The position numbers were made by a program, and so were the translations under genes. The notes beneath the pieces are model-generated. The model ran no database searches. It saw nothing but the letters and a program-made list of their open reading frames with translations, and had not been told where the DNA came from. A stretch of 64,000 nt of DNA from Octopus vulgaris. Its lineage: Eukaryota. Positions within the stretch are counted from its first letter, which is position 1. Every line of letters starts with the position of its first letter. Location of the stretch: positions 41,664,001 to 41,728,000 of the forward strand of contig OX597834.1 in the NCBI GenBank assembly GCA_951406725.2, given 5' to 3'. Positions 55,725-64,000 of the stretch are shown piece after piece.

Positions 55725-56400
55725 CCAATTGTTATATGGCAGTGAAAAATGGACACTGAGAAAGGAATTATTGAATGGGCGAGATGGCTTCTGCACAAGG
55801 ATGCTACGAATAGCCCTAAGTGTGAAATGGCAGCAACATATGACAAATAAATGTCTTTATGGTGACCTGCCGAAAGTTAGCGAAAAGATCAAAGAAGGCT
55901 GCGACTATCTGGTCACTGCGTCCGCCACCCTGAACTGGAAGCATCCAAATTAGTCCTGTTGTGGAGGCGCGTGGCTTAGTGGTTAGGGTGTTGAACTCAT
56001 GATCATAAGGTTGTGGTTTCGATTCCTTGACCGGGTGATGCGTGGTGTTCTTTAGCAAAACACTTCATTTTCACGATGCCCCAGTCTACTCAGCTGGTAA
56101 AAATGAGTAACCCTGCGACGGACCGGCGTCCTGTCCAGGTGGGGAATTTCTACACCACTGAAACCGGGAGACCGGCCCTTATGAGCCTGGCATGGCTCGA
56201 GAAGGAAACAATTTTTTTAATTAGTCCTGTGGAACCAACTGCATAATGATGAAAGAAAAGAAAATGTCGTCACACTTATATCGACAATTTAATTGCAGAC
56301 ATTAGTCTAGAATGTATCCAGAGCCTCAAGGCTGTGATGATGTACCAAGAAGTGTAGAGGGTAGACTTTGTGGTTGCGGCCCGGGTTGGAACCGGCCTTA
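55725..56400 (+). mobile_element. RTE-like LINE 3' relic interrupted by a SINE
   Basis: Encodes LYGSEKWTL..TRMLRIALSVKWQQHMTNKCLYGDLPKVSEKI..GHCVRHPELEASKLVL|W; the reading continues after the SINE TSD at 56230. Confidence 0.75.
55960..56218 (+). mobile_element. SINE family C (tRNA head, V-domain-like segment), full length
   Basis: 12-bp TSD AATTAGTCCTGT (55948-55959 and 56219-56230); contains CCCTGCGACGGACCGGCGTCCTGTCCAGG. Related copies at about 17695-17945(-) and 37440-37686(-). Confidence 0.85.
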
Positions 56401-57218
56401 ATAATAATTTTAAAAAAATAATAATAAATACTATTGACAAATAATTTGTCTTATCGTATAATTAAGAGATGTCTAGCTTTCAAGGATGCTTGCAAAATCA
56501 CTGGAGCTTGTCTGAGAATGATCCAATTTGCAACGGAATCGATCTGGAGGCCTTTGTTCAGTTTTAATATTTAAGGTGTTCAAATAATATTAACAAGTAT
56601 TTTTTGTTGTACAATTGAGAGATTTCGATCTTGCAAGGAAGCGCGCAATATCACTCGAGCTTGTCTGGGAGTAATCCAATTTATTATGGAAGAAATTCGT
56701 CTAAAGAAGAAAAATGAAGGATTAAAGTATAAATTAATAGGCAGCAGAAGTGGAGGCCATCTAGAAGGTGCCAAATGAAACAAGTGAACAATGCAGCTCC
56801 CTTCGTCGATATAAAACGTGTCGTTTCTGTTGAATAGTCTACTCTGTCACAGGTTGACAACAAAGTCAGCACTGAAGGTACATTGAAGAAATGAAACGAT
56901 CGATAGCTATGCTTGTACCATACAGTATATTTCGTGGCAGACACATAACAATAAAATTCAAGGCTTTTATAACTTACACGTAGCAGAACCTCGCATGTTC
57001 ATATTGTAACTACTTCAGTCTTTTAATAGCCAGTTCTTATAAGCATAGGTCTTTTTTGTCCTTTTTATTCCTACATTATTTTATTTCTCTCCTTCCTATT
57101 GAATTTAGCCGCACATGTATTTTCTGTGTCCATGGAGATCATTTTGACCTCATGGCATTAGTCACCGTTTTGTCATCATTTTACATTAATTGTTTTTCTT
57201 TCTGCTTGTTTACAAGGT

Positions 57219-57603
57219 TATAATAATAATAATAATAATTGTGTACAGTGCTCAGGTGCACTACAACTCATCTAAAGTGTATATATAATCAGGTGTAGTT
57301 TCGGCGGATTTCGGAAAGCATGAGGGCCTTAAAGGATGCAGTGTCATGGCAGTCAACAACTGACGCAGGCAGTTTATTCCACGCTTCAGCAACTCTGAGC
57401 GTGAAAAAATGTTTCCGAAAGTCATGGGAGCTGTGTTGTTTTCTGACTTTGTAGGCATGTCCACGTGTGTTAGACACATGGAGATCAAAAAGGTGTTCAG
57501 TGTTGTTGTTGGTGAGGTGGTTGATAACTTTGTGGGTCTTTACCAAGTCCGTCGCCAGAGGCCGGAGCTTCAGTGAATCCATGCCCAGGGAAACAAGGTG
57601 TCT
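57219..57603 (-). mobile_element. CR1/L2-type LINE 3' end
   Basis: Encodes SLKLRPLATDLVKTHKVI..TRGHAYKVRK..RKHFFTLRVAEAWNKLPASVV, then a stop, a UTR and an (ATT)n tail. Confidence 0.85.
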
Positions 57604-57656
57604 GTTAATATCATTATTTCTCACCTATCTTTCTCCTTCCTTTCATTTATTGTTAA

Positions 57657-58053
57657 CTAGCAGTATCGCCCGGCGTTGCTCGGGTTTGTAAGGGAAATAA
57701 CTATATAAGCATTTTTAGAGAGTTATAGCCAAAAAATAGCAAAAAAATGCATTAAAAATGGAAAAAAAATGATGGTAATTTTTTTTTAAATCGTTGACTC
57801 ATCGTAGAGATTTTTAGAGAGTTACTTCCCTTATATAATAGCGAAAAAATGCATTAAAATGGGAAAAAATGATGATAAATTATTTTAAAAATCGTAGACT
57901 CATCGTAGACGCGCCCTAATACCCAGAAGGGCTCGATATGAATCTCTACTATAAGATACCCGCTCTTGGTTACACTGCACCGCAAAATGTGTGAGTAGTT
58001 AGGAATCTAAATCGTAGGAGACAGACACACAACTTGACTTTTATATATAAAGA
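57657..58053 (-). mobile_element. Non-autonomous Helitron
   Basis: Minus strand: A|TCTTTATATATAAAAG 5' end, subterminal hairpin CCCGAGCAACGCCGGG, 3' CTAG|T. Internal tandem duplication of about 95 bp. Confidence 0.85.
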
Positions 58054-58476
58054 TATTTTAATTTTTTTAACCCAGTTATTTCTCTTCACCATATAGAAAA
58101 TGTAAAGTATATTCGAACTTTTATGTCCTGTAGTTGATGCCTTACAAATTAGTTTTCTGCTTTAGAGATTTAAATATATTTTAAATAGTACAAAGATTGG
58201 AGAGTGAAAAAGCGTGGCAGGATGGACAGGTGTTGTATGGAAAATTGCAATTAATACAAACTTAAAAGCAGCCATTAATATATGTGACAAATGTAATTAC
58301 TCAGAGTTAATTATATATCGATTTATGGACACATACTCAAATACATGAACTTACTCATACACATATACATTCATGTGCAAATATATATATATATGCATAG
58401 ATATATACATATATATATATACATATATATATATACATATATATATATACATATATATATATACATATATATATAC

Positions 58477-58515
<39 letters not shown>

Positions 58516-58606
58516 AATATATATACATGTATAGATGTATACACACACATATACATCCACACATATGCATGCATTTATACTTATGTATGTACCTATACAC
58601 ATAAAG

Positions 58607-58676
<70 letters not shown>

Positions 58677-58801
58677 AATATATATATAAAATATATATAT
58701 ACATACTACCACCTGCTTCATTTTGAATATACTTGTTATGACATGTGTATTATGTACCTTTGTTATCATGTCTTATATTTTACATGTTTGTTTTCTTCCA
58801 G

Positions 58802-58966
58802 GAAATCAAAGAATACAAGGCCTTATTGGCAAAGGATAGTTCCGTACCTGACATGCGTGAATACTGGACATCTGAACTGGGATCTTGTCTTAAAGAAATC
58901 CGTCAAGAATACGAAGGTCAATTGGAAGCTTTGTCTTCTAGCCTGGAAGCTAGATACGAGTCCCAG
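58802..58966 (+). CDS. Intermediate filament protein, coding exon 4 (linker L12, coil 2A)
   Basis: Acceptor ttcttccag|GAA. Encodes EIKEYKALLAKDSSVPDMREYWTSELGSCLKEIRQEYE...YESQ (LKEIRQEYE motif). Donor CAG|GTATGG. 165 nt. Confidence 0.93.
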
Positions 58967-59439
58967 GTATGGTGATTTCGTTAAACGTATCTATTAAAAA
59001 GAGAGTTTTCTAAGACGAGTCGTTAAACAGAAAAAAATGAAGTATAAGATTGGAATGGTGGTGACATCAGCACTAACTGCAAAAGTAGCTATTTGATATA
59101 TATTTAGAATTAGTGTAAAAAGACAGCGAAATGTGAATGCAGGGCCAAGAGACACCATAAATGGAATAAGTGGACATACTTATGCATTCCAATAACGGAA
59201 CTGTAGTTAGTACCAGGAGAAGGACTATGGACTGAATCTAATCCATCTGCTTGATGGATAATTATACGGAAAAATATAGTTATAGGCAAGACTTAGGAAA
59301 AACTTTAGTAATGGGGGGGGGATTTGAACTTATAATGGGAGGACAGAAATAATAAGATGTAAGGTATAATAAAAAGAAAATAATAAATTAAGACTGGATA
59401 ATGGTAAATGGTAGACTAGCGTATTTATTAACAATAATA

Positions 59440-59760
59440 GTTAATGGGTTTAAAATGTTTGTACGTCTTTGAGATCCTGTGCGTGCAAGATGAATGAGAA
59501 CTGTGGTTGTGAAAATTTTCATGCGTTCTGTGGTGCAAAGTTTGCATGGTTTCTTGTTACCCGAGCACGATTTCACTCTTTCCAAATTTCCCCACTTTAC
59601 GTGGAAGAGTAAAAACTTATTTTTAAGTTTTCATGCACGAAACTAATGTTGTCTGATTAGATTTATTGGGTTTCCTAGATGTATGGAATATTCATATTTC
59701 AAATCCGTTTGCAAGATAAACTACTTAAGTTAGCCATAGCTAAAATTTATTTCATCTCGA
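59440..59760 (-). mobile_element. Penelope-like element GIY-YIG C-terminal relic
   Basis: Minus strand encodes NQTTLVS..VKWGNLERVKSCSGNKKPCKLCTTERMKI, resembling the KW-x-I...CxLCxxEK motif of Neptune/Naiad-type PLE endonucleases. Confidence 0.5.
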
Positions 59761-60046
59761 GTCTGCTCTATTAGGACTGACTTCTAAAATTGTTAAACAA
59801 CAGCAAGTTATGCCGTACTTCCATATACCAGTTGTCCAAGTAGACTCCTAATACCATATAATAAAAGTGAAATTCCAGCAGACAATCCACATTTGACCAT
59901 CAGATATATAGAGACATTCCATATATGCAAACTAGCAATCTTTGTGTTATTCAGTAGCCCGGTTTAGTTTCGCAATTAAACCTAACAACACCATCTACCA
60001 CTGCATCTGTTCATTGTAATAAACTTTCTCTTCTCTTGTCTAACAG

Positions 60047-60172
60047 TTGTGTGAAATGCGTCTTGGTGCCACGAAAGGAAATGCTGAAACCATACAAATG
60101 ACTGAGGAAAACAGACGACTTCGAGCACAGAAGTCTGATCTTGAGAATAAATTGCGCGAATGTGATACTCAG
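60047..60172 (+). CDS. Intermediate filament protein, coding exon 5 (coil 2B)
   Basis: Acceptor ttgtctaacag|TTG. Encodes LCEMRLGATKGNAETIQMTEENRRLRAQKSDLENKLRECDTQ. Donor CAG|GTAAGG. 126 nt. Confidence 0.9.
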
Positions 60173-60834
60173 GTAAGGAACTGCCGTTCGCTTTTTATCT
60201 ATAATGTTTATTTCAATAAATTTTCGGAGGAAAATGGAATGTGCCCATGACCTTTGAAAGTCGTGTGCACACGGCATATTCTCTCTGATCTGTCTTTTCC
60301 TATCTGTGTCTTATCTTGGCAGTCTATCTGTGTATATCTCTCTCTCTCTCACTCACTCCCTCTCCCTCTTTCTCTCACTCTTTCTCTCCCCTTTTCCCTA
60401 CTTACACACAGACATATATAGGTGTGCGTGTATGCATAGATTTATGTGAACTTATGTATACATGTATGTGTGTATGTATATTCATGCACAAATAAACATT
60501 TTTATTTTTCCTTTTTCCTCTTTCTCCCTCTCCGTCTTTCACCCTTCCCCTTTTTCTCTCTCTCTCTCTTTCTCACCACCCTATCAATCTCTCCATTCAT
60601 AACTATCTTTCTTTCTGTCTGTCTTTCCCTTGGGTCCTTCCCTTCTTCTAATCAATTCCAATCAACGTGAACCATCGAAGATGCCTTTTTTAGTCTCTCA
60701 ACTTGCTAGCACCGACATCTTCCTCATCTCACTCCTAACCATTTCTAAAAACTGGAAGTATACAGTGTGGTGCAAAATATATTTACCATTTATTCCAACA
60801 CAAAAGACATATCGTTAGTCTCGTAAATGTCTAA

Positions 60835-61262
60835 AGTATCCACCCTCAACATTCACACCATCTTGGAATCTGTCAGCCGCGCTATGACACACAGTAACGT
60901 ACAGGTCCAGTATAATATTGATTTCCTGACAGACAGTTGAGGCAGAGTAGGTAGTCTTCTTTGGAATATCTTCTGTTTCACAGCACCCCAGAAAATTAAA
61001 TCCATGGACGTGAGGCCTGGGGAACGAGATTAATACCTCGTTTTACTCATAGGGATGTGGTATCGAGGAAATTACACACATGAATTGCATAATGATGCGG
61101 TGCCTCTGTTGAAATAACACCTCATCAAATTTGGGTAAATATTGCACTGTGGGCACCACTTCCTTGTGGAACATGTCAAGGAAGTTCTTACCATTGTGTC
61201 CTGAAAACAGAAAGGTCAAAGAACTCCTGGGCTCGACAGACCGGCCCACACAGTACCACCCG
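60835..61262 (-). mobile_element. Tc1/mariner-superfamily transposase relic
   Basis: Minus strand encodes NGKNFLDMF..VLFQQ..APHHYAIHVCNFLD..RSPGLTSMDLIFW..VNVEGGYF (degenerate FQQDGAPPH and SPDLTP motifs). Confidence 0.75.
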
Positions 61263-61265
61263 AGA

Positions 61266-61325
<60 letters not shown>

Positions 61326-61326
<1 letters not shown>

Positions 61327-61489
61327 CGGGAAGGTTTACGAAAATAAACAAAAGACGAAGGCAGGTGGAGTACAAACAAACAATTGTATTAGTATGGCGC
61401 TCAGGAATAAAAATAAAACAAGTCTTTTACGTTTCGAGCCTACGCTCTTCATCAGAAAGATACACAGAAAAGAAACAAGGAGAGAAACA
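61326..61489 (-). mobile_element. Short hammerhead-bearing element H2 (about 164 bp), in IF intron 5
   Basis: Homologous to 21997-22160; the 3' end abuts (AT)n at 61268-61324. Confidence 0.7.
61423..61460 (-). ncRNA. Minimal type I hammerhead ribozyme, intact core (family H2)
   Basis: Minus strand reads TCTTT-CTGATGA-A-GAGC(gtag)GCTC-GAAA-CG-TA-AAAGA: 5-bp stem I, 4-bp stem II, vestigial palindromic stem III, GUA cleavage triplet. Confidence 0.85.
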
Positions 61490-63714
61490 TATTATATGAA
61501 GAGTTTCCACGCAGTTTCCGTCTACCAACCTAAAGATATTGCTCAACTTTGTGGGGTGAAACCCTGAACTACGTGTTTGTGAAGCGAACTCCTTAACGAT
61601 CCAACTATACGTACACCTATTTAGAATTATCGACGATTCGAGATGCGAGAAGGGTCCTATCGATTCATAGCATATACTTCCGCCCGCTCTTCCTCCTTGC
61701 GCCATCAGGTCTATGGACGCCCCTTTATTGACTTCCTTTGCAAATGCTCGCCACAGCGATCGGTTCGAGGTGGTTCTCAGCAGATGGTGTATCGCAGCGG
61801 CTCTCAATATTTTAACTAGAAAAGGTTTCCTTTTATTGAAATGAATTTTCCCACGGGCTTCTTCTAATTAAATATTTAATCAATAAGTCGATTTTTGGTA
61901 ACAAACGACAAACTCTTTTTGTCAATTTTATGTCTCAGTTAAACTGAATGCGTAATCCAGTTTTGTTGCTAAACACTCAACTAAACAAGTCGCCTCATTA
62001 ACCCAAATCACTTGTTTAATGACATAATCGATGCTACTGTGTTGATATTATGTTCCGAATTTTAGGTTCAATTGAAGATAGATTTAAGCTTAAATCGTAT
62101 GTTTTAAAAAGGCATCTAAACAATAAGCAAACTATTCCTTCAGATTTTGTAATTACTTTGAAATTTTGAAAGTTTATCACCCTCATCGTGAGCAATTGTA
62201 CATTTTACACTGTAGCATCATGAAATTTTGAATGTAACTCATGGATTTCCGGCACTACTTTTGTGCATCCCACCCCCAAGATCACAGACTGAGAACCTAT
62301 TTCTTTGCTACCCACAAAGGGCTAAACACAGAGAGGACAAACAAGGACAGACAAACGGATTAAGTCGGTTATATCAACCCCAGTGCGTAACTGGTACTTA
62401 TTTAATCGACCCCGAAAGGATGAAAGGCAAAGTCGACCTCGGCGGAATTTGAACTCAGAACGTAACGGCAGGCGAAATACGTCTTAGAAAATTATAGATT
62501 GCATAATGTAACCCTGAGACGAGATGGTCACGGTTGGAATGCTTTTCATAGTAGCTGCTAGACCAGAGCTGAATTCATGGATTAACAACAACAGCTAAAG
62601 GTATCTATTTTTCTTTTGACGATCTCGGAACGATGAATGGTAAAGTCGACCTCAACCGGATTTGAACTCGGAACGTAAAGAGACATCAAATATTGTATAT
62701 CAAAGTGATTTGTCCGCTTCTTACCAATTCTCTCAATCCGCCGCCATAGTTTTGTCATCTAAGCTTTCGAAAGAGATTCTAATGGAATTTGGAGCGCCTG
62801 ATTTGGAAAAAAAAAAACTTTTCTAATCCTAACATTTTGTAGTCCGTTTTAACATATTCTGCCAAGTCGTATCCCGCTAATTCAAAATTTGTCAGAGGAG
62901 GATAACGATGGCGCTCGATCTGCTAGGAATAGCAACAAAAATTTCTTTCCACATACATAAAAAAAGAAGGGTACATTTAGTAAATCTGTTGGCTTGATAT
63001 TGCATCTTCTTTCATAGTATTTACCTCTTCCACTTCAGTGCAGGGTCGTTTTTGTTGATGTGACGGTAACACGTTCCAACTGACGTTTCACTTCATCTGT
63101 CGTTTTTAACCATCCCCCCCACCATTGTGGATGGTTCGATCCTCGAAAGAATAAAGAATGAAAAGCTGAGTCAGTTGGCATCGGCAGCGGAGTTTGAACT
63201 GAGAACGTAGAGATACGCACCAAATACCACTTGACCTTCTATCCGACTTTTCTGAGTTGTACCTGCTATCCCTTCTCCCTGCAATCTTGCCGAAGGATCT
63301 CATATCTGACACACTTCCGTTCATGGGCCTCATTACACCCATCTTCCTTAGTTCAATTACGATAATTTTCTTGTCCTTTTCAGACGCTCTACATCCACTT
63401 TTCTGATTCGTCGTCATAACGTGTTCCTACATAACATTGCCAATAACAGAAAGACTCTTAATGGCGCATACACGACCGAAATGACTCTGAATATATATAG
63501 GTCTGCTTAATGAAACCCAACCAGAAACTTAAACAATAACAACAATATTTAATTCTCTTTTGTGCGATCCTGAGTAAGACATATCTTTTAAATCACAAGC
63601 TTTCTATACAAATACTAAAATACTAATTCACGTTACATTTAATTTCCTGTAAAAGTTCAAAATAGCCGAGTGAAGCGAATAAGTTATTGAACGGAGTGCA
63701 CTCTGTATTGTTGT

Positions 63715-63726
63715 TGATGGTGATGC

Positions 63727-63813
<87 letters not shown>

Positions 63814-63814
63814 C

Positions 63815-63845
<31 letters not shown>

Positions 63846-63870
63846 AAGATGATGATATCGTCGTCGTCTT
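63715..63870. repeat. (GAT)n/(GAC)n trinucleotide repeat
   Basis: Direct inspection. Confidence 0.95.
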
Positions 63871-64000
63871 CATTATTATTTAGCTTCCTCCCCGCCAAGG
63901 TTTACCCTGTTGTCAAAGCCGTTCTGACAGAGACCGTCCCGACATTTACCCCCACCCAGACTAGTGTACCTAAGAGTACAGCGTTCAATGTGCCTTTTTT

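Larger units (their letters stand above)
27542..60172 (+). other. Gene span (3'-incomplete): cytoplasmic intermediate filament protein of protostome type (neurofilament NF60/70-like or RGP51-like)
   Basis: Five exons splice in frame (intron phases 2,0,0,0,0) into a 343-aa head plus rod. Introns are 27997-53040, 53228-55535, 55632-58801, 58967-60046 and 60173->64000. All donors are GT and all four acceptors seen are AG. The exon with the rod-end motif (YRKLLEGEE-like) was not found in the window. Confidence 0.9.

Noticed and set aside
60173-64000. IF exon 6 (rod end)
   Set aside because: I found no LxxEIxxYRxLLEGEE-like reading frame; it presumably lies beyond the window.

Overview
This is eukaryotic, AT-rich, repeat-saturated DNA. 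It is inferred to be a coleoid cephalopod, probably Octopus, from the protein and the SINE landscape. The only host gene I can support is a + strand cytoplasmic intermediate filament (IF) gene of the protostome long-coil-1B type. Five coding exons (27542-27996, 53041-53227, 55536-55631, 58802-58966, 60047-60172; 343 aa) join in frame via GT-AG introns, intron 1 is 25 kb, and the gene continues past the window. The rest consists of several tRNA-derived SINE families, LINE relics (R4/Dong-like, CRE-like, RTE, CR1/L2), Penelope-like relics, Tc1/mariner MITEs and fragments, two non-autonomous Helitrons and many microsatellites. Nearly all ORFs in the supplied track are microsatellite artefacts. 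The most interesting signal is a set of short elements abutting (AT)n tracts that carry minimal type I hammerhead ribozymes. There are three families: two copies have an intact canonical core, and one family has a U3:A8 compensated core inside a 132-bp inverted repeat. A SINE whose 184-bp body repeatedly forms head-to-tail concatemers at one exact junction is also notable. Repeat boundaries are approximate, and no database search was possible.
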